Sequence record: ON548431.1
Direction: 5' to 3' (one strand)
From: Escherichia phage PEC9
DNA: 44,379 nucleotides
The notes beneath the pieces were generated by a model that was given only the letters and a program-made list of their open reading frames with translations, ran no database searches and was not told the origin of the DNA. Below, piece by piece: positions 34,877 to 44,001 of the stretch. Positions within the stretch are counted from its first letter, which is position 1; each line of letters opens with the position of its first letter. The position numbers and the translations under genes are program-made.

Positions 34877-37167
34877 TATTTCCTGTACCTGTACATAATG
34901 TCGCCTTCCGCGGCAAGCGGGAAGCCTTTCGCCCAAACAGGCAGGTCGCACATCAGCGCGCACAACTCCTCGGTTGTGTAGTCGTCAGTATCCGGCACTT
35001 CGGTTATCAGTTCATCGTGTACGGACAGTACGATCTCATATCCCGCAGCTTCAACGCCAGGCATGGACCATGCGAGGATATCGCGACACAGCGCCTGCAC
35101 GATGTTTTCCGTGAGTTTGCCGCCGTAGGTGTACTGGAAGCCCCACTGGCGGGTCGTCTGATTCTCGCCCTGATATTTAATGCGGGTGCTGGTGCGTTTC
35201 TTGCCAGTATCTTCGTCGATCTCGGTCGTCACTGACAGCGCAATGCCTGGATAACTCATGATGCGCCCCGACGGCAACTCAATTTTCAACCACCACCCCG
35301 CGGCGTTCGGATCGTCGCGCTCCTCGTCGAAGGTAGGGTCGTGCTTCGCCTTCGTGCGGACTATCTTGAGCGCTTTCTTACCATCCGGGCGAACGTTCGC
35401 GCCAGCCCAGTACGCTTTGCCCGGATTGCGGATTGCGCAAAGCACCGCGTCTTCTAGTTCGGCCCAAAATGCCACCGTCTTCGGGTGCGACTCGCGCCAC
35501 ATACGTTTGATCGCATCACACGTCAGCCATACGTTTTTAGGCAGTATGTAAGTTGGGCGCTCGTCCTTCTTGCCAGGCTTCGGCGGGCGCTTCGCTTCGT
35601 TGATCCGGGCGTACTCATAACCCCGTTTCGCCGCCGCCCAAATGTGACCGGGGAATGTTCCCTTCATCACTTCAGCCATCGCGTAAAGGTCGAGGCCCAG
35701 GTTTTTAGCGAACTGCAAGAACGCAGCCACGCCGCCGCCATAGCCAAGGCCCAATTCGCACGCCTTACCGATCTGGCGTAAGTCTTTGCGGTTGGCTTTA
35801 ATGTATTCCGGGTCAAGGCCGAACATCTTACCGGCAGTCTCACAATAAATATCTCGATCGGCCTTAAACACCATGAGCGCTGTTTTCTCGCCAGCGATCC
35901 AGGCAAGTCCACGCCCTTCCACGTTGGAGTAGTCCGCTACGACAAACTTCTTACCCTTCGCCGGAATAATGCACCCACGAACGGTCGAGGCGGTTAGCTT
36001 CGATATGTCATACGCCCAGTGTGCGGTCCCACGTAACAGGGAATTGATGCCGTTGGTGAGCATGTGCGACCGCACCCAAAACGCGACGTCGCTCTCGCCT
36101 TCACGGCGTTTAATCTTCCCTTCGTGGTCGTCGCTATACTCGCCACGCGCCAGGTTTTGAGGCTGAAAGCCTTTACCGGCCCAGCGTAGCGTGCGCTTTG
36201 CGCCGCCATACTGAAGACACCCACGGCGGCGACCATCGGCGGACAGGCCATTTACGAGCGGATTGTACTTAGTCGATGCCGTTGATGACGCACCGAGGCG
36301 CATCTCGATAAGCACTTTGCCTTCGTCGGGGAAGTCTGGATCTTCCAGCAGGTCGTTAAGCGTGGATTTCTGCGCGTTGTGGATTGTGAACGCAGGCGCG
36401 AGGTCGCGCAGCGCAGGCAGGAAGTCATTGCCGGTCAGCTTACCGCCGAAGCGCTCCCAGGCTTCTTCCTTCAATTCTTCTTTATGCGCCTGCACCGCTT
36501 TGATCGCGGCGCGCGCCAGGTCAACGTCAACATAGAAGCCGCGGTCGTTAATCAACTGGTCAATAAGCAGGATTTCGTCTTCCTTCGGCGTGTTACCCCA
36601 GTCTGGTATGCGCCAATAGACTTCCCTCATCGCGATGATATCCAGCGCGGCATAGCGCAGAAATTTGGCCCATTCTTCAGGGTGAGTCTCGCGAGTGTAG
36701 CGGCGGATTTTGTAAGTCTTAGGGGTCGGCTTACAGAAGCGTTTGATCAGCGCCTTGCCCGCCTTATCCTTCGCGTGCTCTGCGTCAACGCCAAGCACCT
36801 GGCACTGCATATCGAGACTACCCGGCAACGCGTGTCGAAAGGCCATAATCATGGTGTCTTCGATCTGGCACACTGGCAGGTCAATACCCCACTTCTCGCG
36901 AATAACCAGGCGGTCAAACAAGAGGCCGTTAGCCATCACGATTTTTGCTTTCTTGCGGGATACCCGGCGGAGCGCCTTGCGCAGTTCACGCGGCATTGTG
37001 GGGGACTCGGTGCAATCCCACGTTTGCACGCGGCCTTCGTCGATGGCGTATGTGCAAATCATAATCTCGGTAGTTGGGTGTTCCGCGTAGGCGTACGCAC
37101 CAACTTTCTTCAGGTCTACCCCGCTAAATGTCTCGGTGTCGAGAAACAGGCGTTCGAAGTCTTTCAT
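34876..37167 (-). CDS. DNA polymerase I (family A) with 3'-5' exonuclease domain
   Basis: 763 aa; N-terminal exonuclease motif LDTETF; polymerase motifs DYSNVEGR, K...LGLGYGGG and VHDEL. Confidence 0.9.
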   Translation of the reverse strand: MKDFERLFLDTETFSGVDLKKVGAYAYAEHPTTEIMICTYAIDEGRVQTWDCTESPTMPRELRKALRRVSRKKAKIVMANGLLFDRLVIREKWGIDLPVCQIEDTMIMAFRHALPGSLDMQCQVLGVDAEHAKDKAGKALIKRFCKPTPKTYKIRRYTRETHPEEWAKFLRYAALDIIAMREVYWRIPDWGNTPKEDEILLIDQLINDRGFYVDVDLARAAIKAVQAHKEELKEEAWERFGGKLTGNDFLPALRDLAPAFTIHNAQKSTLNDLLEDPDFPDEGKVLIEMRLGASSTASTKYNPLVNGLSADGRRRGCLQYGGAKRTLRWAGKGFQPQNLARGEYSDDHEGKIKRREGESDVAFWVRSHMLTNGINSLLRGTAHWAYDISKLTASTVRGCIIPAKGKKFVVADYSNVEGRGLAWIAGEKTALMVFKADRDIYCETAGKMFGLDPEYIKANRKDLRQIGKACELGLGYGGGVAAFLQFAKNLGLDLYAMAEVMKGTFPGHIWAAAKRGYEYARINEAKRPPKPGKKDERPTYILPKNVWLTCDAIKRMWRESHPKTVAFWAELEDAVLCAIRNPGKAYWAGANVRPDGKKALKIVRTKAKHDPTFDEERDDPNAAGWWLKIELPSGRIMSYPGIALSVTTEIDEDTGKKRTSTRIKYQGENQTTRQWGFQYTYGGKLTENIVQALCRDILAWSMPGVEAAGYEIVLSVHDELITEVPDTDDYTTEELCALMCDLPVWAKGFPLAAEGDIMYRYRK

Positions 37168-37340
37168 TGCTTAATCCTCACTACGGCGTCGGCGCTGCCG
37201 ATCATGGAGAAGATACCATCGGAAAGGGTAATCTCCTCGCCGTTGTTGCGAATCTCGGCAACTGTGAAATATTCGCCCAGCATTTTGGACCATACTTGCA
37301 TTCCGACTTTTACTTCGCTGGCTTTAATACGCATTTTCAT
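37164..37340 (-). CDS. Small protein (58 aa) translationally coupled to DNA polymerase
   Basis: Codons stepped by hand: ATG 37340 to TGA 37164-37166, which overlaps the polymerase ATG (ATGA); below ORF-track cut-off. Confidence 0.35.
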   Translation of the reverse strand: MKMRIKASEVKVGMQVWSKMLGEYFTVAEIRNNGEEITLSDGIFSMIGSADAVVRIKQ

Positions 37341-37345
37341 TGTCC

Positions 37346-37374
37346 TATTAAAAAGCCCGCATTAAGCGGGCTTG
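37346..37374 (-). terminator. Rho-independent terminator (minus strand) after SSB-like gene
   Basis: Minus-strand reading gives AAGCCCGC-TTAAT-GCGGGCTT followed by TTTTTAATA. Confidence 0.5.
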
Positions 37375-37391
37375 AATAGTGGGCTTTGCCC

Positions 37392-38177
37392 TTAACGGCG
37401 GCGACGTTTACGTGGTGCTTCGTCTTCGTCGTCTTCGTCCTCATCTTCATCGTCGCGCGGCTTACGACGTTTACGAGGTTTCTCATCTTCGTCGTCTTCG
37501 TCGTCATCGCGGCGCTTGGACTTTTTGGACTTGCGCGGCTTGTCGTCTTCGTCATCGTCATCACGACGTTTTGACTTTTTGGCCTTGCGCGGGCTTTCAT
37601 CTTCGTCATCGTTGTCCAGGTCTTCGTCGGAGCAAGAAGACCCGCCACCGCCGAAGGCTTCACCGTCATCACGGAAGCGTAAACCCAGCAAGCCAGCACC
37701 GAGTCCCTTGCCGTTGGTGTTGTTCCACGCCCAAATATCCAAGGACACGTTGCAATAACATCCGGAGTAGATCTCCTGGCCTTCGATCTCGTCGCCTTCT
37801 ACGGTCAGACCTTGTTCAGTCTGCTTCTCGCCGAGTGACGTTTGAATGTTTGGCTGTTTGAACGATTTGGCGTTGATGTACAACATGCCTTCGAATTCTT
37901 CGGTCACTTCATCGCGCTCGTCACCGTCGCGAACTGCGCATTCCTTAGAATCCTGTGCGTAGTGGCGGTCCATCCACTTATCGGCGTTCTTCTCGGATTT
38001 CAGCTTGTCGGTGAGCACTGCGCGCGCTGCCGCTTCCACTTTGTCCACCTGCGGATCTTCTTTATCAAGAAGAATCACTGCACGGTATGCCGGTTTTTGA
38101 CCATCCTGTTTAGGGGTATCGCGTTCCCAAATTTTAAGGAAACATACGCGCACATTTTTCAGGTTGACTTTAGCCAT
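37392..38177 (-). CDS. SSB-like protein with alternating acidic/basic repetitive C-terminal tail
   Basis: 261 aa from ATG 38177 (GAGGA RBS); C-terminal about 80 aa made of repeats such as DEDE-KPRKSKKSKRR-DDDEDDEDE; co-located with Cas4-like nuclease; SSB role inferred. Confidence 0.5.
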   Translation of the reverse strand: MAKVNLKNVRVCFLKIWERDTPKQDGQKPAYRAVILLDKEDPQVDKVEAAARAVLTDKLKSEKNADKWMDRHYAQDSKECAVRDGDERDEVTEEFEGMLYINAKSFKQPNIQTSLGEKQTEQGLTVEGDEIEGQEIYSGCYCNVSLDIWAWNNTNGKGLGAGLLGLRFRDDGEAFGGGGSSCSDEDLDNDDEDESPRKAKKSKRRDDDDEDDKPRKSKKSKRRDDDEDDEDEKPRKRRKPRDDEDEDEDDEDEAPRKRRRR

Positions 38178-38232
38178 TTTCCAATTCCTCATTTTAACAT
38201 GTATCGGGGCTATTGTGAGCCACCCCGTTCGG

Positions 38233-38257
38233 CTTGGTTGCTAATCTACTTGGTTGC
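38233..38257. promoter_or_regulatory. Two direct copies of CTTGGTTGC (reverse complement GCAACCAAG)
   Basis: Read at 38233-38241 and 38249-38257 between two minus-strand genes. Confidence 0.4.
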
Positions 38258-38267
38258 GCCTAAGCGG

Positions 38268-38510
38268 TCAAGCACTTTCATTAAAAAGATTTCTGGTCAC
38301 GTAGTTGGTAGCGTTCTCGACCCCGCTTAACGGCGGTCGGTCGATGTTCTTCTCCACCCAGTCGACGGCAGCGTCACTATATCCGTCGTCCAGCCAGCGG
38401 GTCGGATGGCGAATCATCCACGCCACCATTAACACGCCTTGCACGCAATGCAGGATAAAGCCCAGCGCGCCGAGCAAAAACATCAATAAGATTGCGAATA
38501 CTTTATTCAT
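38268..38510 (-). CDS. Small membrane protein (80 aa)
   Basis: GAGGA RBS; two hydrophobic helices (FAILLMFLLGALGFILHCVQGVLMVAWMI). Confidence 0.45.
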   Translation of the reverse strand: MNKVFAILLMFLLGALGFILHCVQGVLMVAWMIRHPTRWLDDGYSDAAVDWVEKNIDRPPLSGVENATNYVTRNLFNESA

Positions 38511-39933
38511 TGCTTAAGTCCTCGTCGGTAGCTTCAGACCACGCGGGGCGCGGGTCGTCGATTGGTGCTAACACCGGTTTTGCAGGTGCGCGTGTGATTT
38601 TAGCACACAGCTTCGCCCACACTTTCGGCTTCTCGTCCTTCAATACCTTCTCGGCATCCGTAGGACTGAGCAATGTTTCTTTGTACATCACATCGCGCTT
38701 GATCCTGGCCTTCGTGAAGATTTCAATCACTTCGCTCTCGTCCGCCCACTTACGGATACCTTCCTTACCGGCAACCATCTTGAGGCCCAGCGATTCGCCA
38801 TCGCCAGCCATGACCGCCTTGAATACCGCGGACTCGATAGCCTTGATGTGCTGGCGCATTGCGTCCAGACCTTCATATGCCTTGCGAAGTTCCGCCGCGC
38901 TCATAGCGCCGGGGGCCGCTTCTTTCTTACCACGCTTCGCGCGTCGTGCCTCCTTCCGGGCTTCGCGGGCCATATTGCGGGCATGGTTGGCGCATTCTTC
39001 CTCTGTCGCAATACTCACGTCGTCGCCCAGATCGTCATCGGTTGCCGTTGGTGGTGTCATCGTGTCGATTGCGGCCTTAGTGCGGGCACTACACTGATCC
39101 GCAAATCTGCACCACTGGCACGCATCAACGCTGGGCCGGAAGTCGGCGCGGGTGAGTCCTTTTTTACCACGGGCGTACGCTTCCAGTGCGGCGATAGCAC
39201 GCTTGGACGCAAACTTCGCGAATATCTCCAGCGCTTCCACTGAGATATCCCACTCTGACGCCCCGCCGCAATACGGCTGGAAGATGACCAGGCGCACGGT
39301 CGTAATGTCATACATGGTTTGCAGCTTGCGCAGCAGGCCGAGCGCGTACAACATAAGCTGTTTGTTTTCTTTTGCCTCGACCTTATGTCGCCCGGTCTTC
39401 AGGTCGCCAACAATCAGCATGTACGTGCCGTCGGTCTTTTTCATGACCGTGACCATATCGGCAGTGCCGAACGTTTTAACCCTGTTGCCTTCGATCTCGA
39501 AGCCTGGGTGAAGGACGCGGGTCAGATCGGCGCGCATCTCAAGCTGGACAAACTCCGCCACTTCGAGGAGCGGTCGCCAGTGGTCGATGTACGCGTCGCA
39601 CTGTTTCACCATGTCGTCATTGACCAGTACGCCGCCTTTCGGTGCTTTCGGGTGCGCCTTTACTGGCCCCTTGCCTTCATTCTCGACGTAACATCCTTTA
39701 TACGTCTTTGCTGTTATCAGCTTTTCACCGGCGATAATGCGGTTTAGCACCACTTCAGATACGGTGTGCATACTCGTACCGTTAATCGCGGCTTGCCCGG
39801 ATTCGTTCGGGATATCTTTTTCTACCACCAGGGCGGCGGGACACCCCATCCATTTTTTAGCACCGGATGGCCCGAGTAATGAGTGTTCCGTATTGCTGCC
39901 GGATTGCGTTTTACGTTTTGGTTTAATCGCCAT
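38503..39933 (-). CDS. RecB-family (Cas4-like) PD-(D/E)xK nuclease with Fe-S cysteine cluster
   Basis: 476 aa; motifs D...GDLK, QLMLY (QxxxY) and four Cys (QPYCGG, CQWCRFADQC); basic/acidic C-terminal extension. Confidence 0.6.
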   Translation of the reverse strand: MAIKPKRKTQSGSNTEHSLLGPSGAKKWMGCPAALVVEKDIPNESGQAAINGTSMHTVSEVVLNRIIAGEKLITAKTYKGCYVENEGKGPVKAHPKAPKGGVLVNDDMVKQCDAYIDHWRPLLEVAEFVQLEMRADLTRVLHPGFEIEGNRVKTFGTADMVTVMKKTDGTYMLIVGDLKTGRHKVEAKENKQLMLYALGLLRKLQTMYDITTVRLVIFQPYCGGASEWDISVEALEIFAKFASKRAIAALEAYARGKKGLTRADFRPSVDACQWCRFADQCSARTKAAIDTMTPPTATDDDLGDDVSIATEEECANHARNMAREARKEARRAKRGKKEAAPGAMSAAELRKAYEGLDAMRQHIKAIESAVFKAVMAGDGESLGLKMVAGKEGIRKWADESEVIEIFTKARIKRDVMYKETLLSPTDAEKVLKDEKPKVWAKLCAKITRAPAKPVLAPIDDPRPAWSEATDEDLSNE

Positions 39934-40121
39934 TATTCCACCCTTGAAAACTGAGCTATATAATAATCGTGTTTAACATTTGCCTTCTTCGCTGCTTCGT
40001 TCATGGTTGAAGCAAGTTCGCTGGCTTGCGTCCAGCAGCTAACCCAGTTCTGATTCATAACGATTTCGGGTTGCTCATCGCCGGTAATACGGCAGCGAAA
40101 TAAAACAAAGAATGTAGCCAT
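39933..40121 (-). CDS. Hypothetical protein (62 aa)
   Basis: ATG 40121 with GGGAGA RBS, immediately after stop of upstream gene. Confidence 0.4.
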   Translation of the reverse strand: MATFFVLFRCRITGDEQPEIVMNQNWVSCWTQASELASTMNEAAKKANVKHDYYIAQFSRVE

Positions 40122-40373
40122 TTATTTTGTCTCCCAGCGGTCAATTGTTTTTGCTTCTGATGCAACGGCGAATCTAACATATTCTAGGTTGGAATCCGCC
40201 CAAATATAAAAGTCGGGATTAGTAAAGGTGGTGCGCTTAATTTGCGCGGGGGTGTTGCGGCGTTTATCAATTACGGCAACGCGCGATTGAAAGCTGCCGA
40301 TGCGTTCGAATAGCCAATAATATGGGCGCTGGTCGCGAGAATCCACCGCCTCGATTAATGTAAATCGTGCCAT
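40122..40373 (-). CDS. Hypothetical protein (83 aa)
   Basis: ATG 40373 with GAGGA RBS; preceded by terminator. Confidence 0.45.
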   Translation of the reverse strand: MARFTLIEAVDSRDQRPYYWLFERIGSFQSRVAVIDKRRNTPAQIKRTTFTNPDFYIWADSNLEYVRFAVASEAKTIDRWETK

Positions 40374-40380
40374 TGTCTCG

Positions 40381-40412
40381 TCCTCTAAAAAGAGGCCCGC
40401 TAATCTGCGGGC
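40381..40412 (-). terminator. Rho-independent terminator (minus strand) after first early gene
   Basis: Minus-strand reading: GCCCGC-AGATTA-GCGGGC followed by CTCTTTTT. Confidence 0.5.
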
Positions 40413-40551
40413 CAGATAATATTAGTCTTCTCCGCCGAGTTGTTTATAAACTTCGTCCGGGTCGTCGCCTCTTTCTTCGCAGAAGGCGGTGAATGCCGCC
40501 CAGCTTTCTGCTATGAAATCGAGCGCGATTCTCATTTCATAGTCCATGATA

Positions 40552-40995
40552 TTAGTCCTCCAGTTCGAAATAGGTTTCGACGATTTCTTTCAATTCGGTG
40601 TGGAAGTCCGCCACGTCGTCGTCTTCCAGTTTAGCGATTGATTTGATCTCGAACGATTCCAGCAGGTCGTCGAATTCGTCGTTCGCATCGTCATCATCAC
40701 CGCCTGCGATAATCGCGGCATACTGTTTGATTTCGTCGCGCATCTCTGCCAGCGGGTCGGCATCTTTCTTACCTTTGCCTTTCGCTGGTGCTTTTTTACC
40801 CTTCGCCGTGGCTTTTTTACCTTTCGCCGGTGCTTCGTCTTCAGCGTCGTCATCTTCTACGACTTCTTTTTTGGCCTTAGCTGGCTTTTTATCTTCCTGC
40901 TTACCAACGGCAGCGCCGACGGTTTCATAATGCTTAGCGATGGTTTCCAGTGCTACTACGCCGCGAGTGATCAGGTTTACGATTTGCTCAAACAT
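40552..40995 (-). CDS. Highly acidic protein with Lys-rich AKGKK repeats; first gene of minus-strand early block
   Basis: 147 aa from ATG 40995 (GGAGAT RBS); KGKK repeats followed by Asp/Glu-rich C-terminal half; ORF-track N-terminal extension rejected. Confidence 0.5.
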   Translation of the reverse strand: MFEQIVNLITRGVVALETIAKHYETVGAAVGKQEDKKPAKAKKEVVEDDDAEDEAPAKGKKATAKGKKAPAKGKGKKDADPLAEMRDEIKQYAAIIAGGDDDDANDEFDDLLESFEIKSIAKLEDDDVADFHTELKEIVETYFELED

Positions 40996-41198
40996 GGTAT
41001 ATCTCCGATTGGTTAAGTTTAGGTGTCGACCATTAACTTCGTCGGTGGCCTTAACATAGCGCCCGGTTGCGCGTTCTCCCTTTCGGGTAGTGGACCGGGT
41101 TATATAATCACGGTTGGGAATCCTGACACTTCGATCCGGCCCCTGCGTTGCCCCTCTCCAGTTTGCGTCCTGCATCCTGTCGACGGAGTGAATATTAG

Positions 41199-41208
41199 AT
41201 TGGTTGCA
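41199..41208. promoter_or_regulatory. Recurrent motif ATTGGTTGCA in divergent early control region
   Basis: Exact 10-mer between minus early gene (40995) and plus gene (41397). Confidence 0.45.
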
Positions 41209-41230
41209 GAAGGGAGTCAACAACTAATTT

Positions 41231-41265
41231 AAAAAAAAAAGCGCCGAAGCAAAATGCGACGGCGC
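41231..41265 (-). terminator. Hairpin with A10/T10 tract, terminator-like on minus strand
   Basis: Plus strand: ten A then GCGCCG-N13-CGGCGC; on minus strand hairpin is followed by ten T. Confidence 0.4.
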
Positions 41266-41336
41266 TAACCAATAAGAGACAATGAGACGGGAATTATTAT
41301 TACACGCGTGCGCGCCCGTTTCAATATCCAAAGGAT

Positions 41337-41365
41337 TTGACACCGTGCAGTTTTGGGTGTAGTTT
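41337..41365 (+). promoter_or_regulatory. Candidate sigma70 promoter for the plus-strand HTH/primase operon
   Basis: TTGACA at 41337-41342, 17-bp spacer, TAGTTT at 41360-41365; about 30 bp upstream of RBS AGGAG and ATG 41397. Confidence 0.4.
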
Positions 41366-41396
41366 CGTTGGTCATTAGCCAACAGGAGACTGAATT

Positions 41397-41726
41397 ATGA
41401 ATATCAAAGAAGCAATTGAAGTGTTATCTAATGCAATCCGCGGCGAAGCGGGTAAATCCTGGTATTACACAAATGCGGTGGATACTCTGTTATTTGAAGT
41501 GTCCAGATTATCGCGTGCTGAGAAGGAGCTTACCGCGAAGCTGGAATTACTCAACGGCACGGCAGCAAGCAAGCTGCAAAAGCACAATGAAGAAATGGAA
41601 GAATACAAAAAACAGGTTATCCGTTTGCGCGCCGAGGGCAAATCCTGGGCAATGATCGCTGAGTTGACAGGAATTAATCAGAGCACCGTGCGCTCCTGGG
41701 TACGCAATAATAAAACTTCGAAGTAA
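41397..41726 (+). CDS. Small HTH DNA-binding protein (putative transcription regulator)
   Basis: 109 aa; C-terminal helix-turn-helix-like segment (SWAMIAELTGINQSTVRSWV); AGGAG RBS. Confidence 0.5.
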   Translation: MNIKEAIEVLSNAIRGEAGKSWYYTNAVDTLLFEVSRLSRAEKELTAKLELLNGTAASKLQKHNEEMEEYKKQVIRLRAEGKSWAMIAELTGINQSTVRSWVRNNKTSK

Positions 41727-41736
41727 GGCAACGGCA

Positions 41737-44001
41737 ATGAGCTTAATTAAATTCGCGGTAACACGACCCGCTAAAAAAGGCGAAAAAGCCAGGGCGGAAA
41801 ACTTCCAGATGACCACCGATGAATTTTTCGAATTTATCAATGACGCGAAAGAAATCTCCTCGGTGCATATCAACAAGACGGAAGATAAAGCCGAGTATGC
41901 GCGCCGCAAGCGTAAGGCCGATGGCATCGTAGCTTATACCAGTGACGGCCTGCGCCGCAAGACCAGTGCGGTGGACCGCTCGATCCTGTTCTTCGATATT
42001 GACCGCACCGACACTCGCACCCTACGCCGCTGCCGTAAGGCTTTCATCGACGCGGGGCTGGAGCACGTATTCCACACAACCACCGGCGACCGCCACCCGC
42101 TGAAAGGCGGCACGCGTTGCGCCCGTTTCCTGGTACTCACTGACAAGCCTGTACCGGCGGAAGACCTGGGCCGTGTCCAGTATGCGCTATTACACCAACT
42201 TGGCCTGTCAGATGTGGACTTCGACGATTGCACGAAAGACACAAACCGCCTGATGTACCTGCCGCACCAGCAGTCTGTCATTAAGTGTCACTACGGCAAA
42301 CGTGCCCGCGTCCGTCGTCTGCTCCGCCTGGCGGATACGCTTGGCGTGGAGAAGGAAGAAGTACGCCGCGAGCTTACCCAGGGCGACGACGCAGTGGCAG
42401 ACGGCATTCTGGACTGGTGCTTCCAGGCAGGATTCGAGGAGTTATCTTCCGGTCGCGGTTATGAAGTGCCGTGCCCGAACGAACATCTGCACAGCGGCGA
42501 AGGGTCGACGGCTATCATGGTCAAGGATGGCGAGATCCGTTTCAAGTGTATGCACACCGGCAACGAGTGTTGCTCGGAGCTAAATAGACACCAGCACCTG
42601 GCGCTACGTCTTATCGGGATACCGGACCACCTGAACGTCGAGCCGCACAACATGTCACGTAAGCAAATTGCCGCCATCCTCCCAGGGCTGGACGACGAGG
42701 AAGTCGAATCCTTATATGAACATATTGTTGATGCGGTTGGCGACGGCGAAGAATACGGCGTGTGCACCGATGCGGATCTGGATAACGAGCCGGTCGCACT
42801 ATTCAGTAAGCACGACCCGATCATCGAAGGTCTGATTAACTTCAAATCGACCTGGTATATGGCTGGCGAGTCGAACATCGGCAAGTCCTTCTATGTGCTG
42901 GGGCAGATGGGCGCGGTTGCCGCGGGTATCCCGTTTGGCGGTGCGAAGGTCGTCCAGTCTCATTGCTTCTATTTCGATGCGGAAGGTGGTGAAGCCTCTA
43001 ACCAGCGCAAAGAAGCATTGCAGATTAAATACGAGCACGACCTGGACAAGCTGCACATTATCGACCTGCAGTCTCGCGGCTGGGATATCACCAGCAAGTC
43101 CGGTTTGCGCGAAGTTATCAGCTTTATCAACCGCACCGCTAACGGCGAACCTGTTGGCCTGGTGGCGTTCGACTCACTCAACCAGACTGTTGCGCTGCGG
43201 TCCGCCGATGCTAAACCGTTTGACGAGAACAACGCCAGCGATATGGGTGAAGTAGTCAAAGCGCTGAAAGCCATTGCGGAAAACACGGGGGGCAGTGCGG
43301 GCGTCATCCACCACCCGGCGAAGGGTGCAAACGGCAGCAGAACCCCACGCGGATCCGGCGCACTGCATGGCGCTGTCGATTCCGCTTTCTTCCTGGAACA
43401 GCCGGACGACAACCAACCAGGCCAATTGAACCTGTATCACGAAAAATCACGTAACGGTATCAAGCAAGCGCCGCGTGGCTTCGTCCTGCTCAAGTGCAAG
43501 GTGAAGGTGGATCTCCGCAAGTCAGAAGCGTTCGAGGCGCACCAGTCCACCAGCACCGGTCCGGACTTCGGAGACGTAGTTGCCGGTTGGGACGTCAAAC
43601 CAATTGCGTCCACCCCGCGCGACGAGACTTTATACCTCGTACCGGTCGCCCTGGCACCGTTCGCTATAGAACAGGCGAAGGCCGCAGGAAAAGCCGCAGT
43701 TAAGGAAGAGAACACCGCCGGACCGCGCACCGAAAAAGAAAAGGTACTTTACGCGGCCCTGGAAAAACTGATGGAAGATAACCCGGACCATACTGGTTTC
43801 AGTAAATCGGCAATTGTCCGCCAGGCTGGACTCGCGAAGGGTGGCACTTCGACGAAGGCAATAGACGATATGGTCGAGCGCGGCGTGATTGGTTTCTATA
43901 CAGACCCGCACACCGGGGCCATATATGGGTCATCGAATTTAGTCATTAAATCGGATATCCCCATTACACTTTCTGCGACCGATGACGACCTGAAAGATTA
44001 A
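41737..44001 (+). CDS. Primase-helicase (N-terminal primase-like domain, central P-loop ATPase, C-terminal putative DNA-binding domain)
   Basis: 754 aa; acidic motif FFDIDRTD, Cys/His cluster (CPNEHLHSGEG ... FKCMHTGNEC), Walker A GESNIGKS, Walker B-like LVAFDSL; C-terminal domain assignment is a guess. Confidence 0.7.
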   Translation: MSLIKFAVTRPAKKGEKARAENFQMTTDEFFEFINDAKEISSVHINKTEDKAEYARRKRKADGIVAYTSDGLRRKTSAVDRSILFFDIDRTDTRTLRRCRKAFIDAGLEHVFHTTTGDRHPLKGGTRCARFLVLTDKPVPAEDLGRVQYALLHQLGLSDVDFDDCTKDTNRLMYLPHQQSVIKCHYGKRARVRRLLRLADTLGVEKEEVRRELTQGDDAVADGILDWCFQAGFEELSSGRGYEVPCPNEHLHSGEGSTAIMVKDGEIRFKCMHTGNECCSELNRHQHLALRLIGIPDHLNVEPHNMSRKQIAAILPGLDDEEVESLYEHIVDAVGDGEEYGVCTDADLDNEPVALFSKHDPIIEGLINFKSTWYMAGESNIGKSFYVLGQMGAVAAGIPFGGAKVVQSHCFYFDAEGGEASNQRKEALQIKYEHDLDKLHIIDLQSRGWDITSKSGLREVISFINRTANGEPVGLVAFDSLNQTVALRSADAKPFDENNASDMGEVVKALKAIAENTGGSAGVIHHPAKGANGSRTPRGSGALHGAVDSAFFLEQPDDNQPGQLNLYHEKSRNGIKQAPRGFVLLKCKVKVDLRKSEAFEAHQSTSTGPDFGDVVAGWDVKPIASTPRDETLYLVPVALAPFAIEQAKAAGKAAVKEENTAGPRTEKEKVLYAALEKLMEDNPDHTGFSKSAIVRQAGLAKGGTSTKAIDDMVERGVIGFYTDPHTGAIYGSSNLVIKSDIPITLSATDDDLKD

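Noticed and set aside
36379-37365. 328-aa plus-strand ORF inside the DNA polymerase gene
   Set aside because: Antisense shadow ORF; polymerase motifs are on the other strand.
38492-39097. 201-aa plus-strand ORF inside the Cas4-like nuclease gene
   Set aside because: Antisense shadow ORF; Ser/Ala/Arg-rich.
40443-40547. 34-aa basic peptide ORF on minus strand with strong GGAGGA RBS
   Set aside because: Very short Arg-rich translation, possibly just the upstream part of a terminator region; hand-translated; no supporting evidence.
40552-41223. 223-aa extended version of the acidic protein ORF
   Set aside because: N-terminal 76 codons run through the promoter region with no RBS; ATG 40995 follows GGAGAT.
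41000-41230. Specific sigma70 promoter for the minus-strand early operon
   Set aside because: Only weak -35/-10 combinations found by eye; region flagged but no promoter coordinates asserted.
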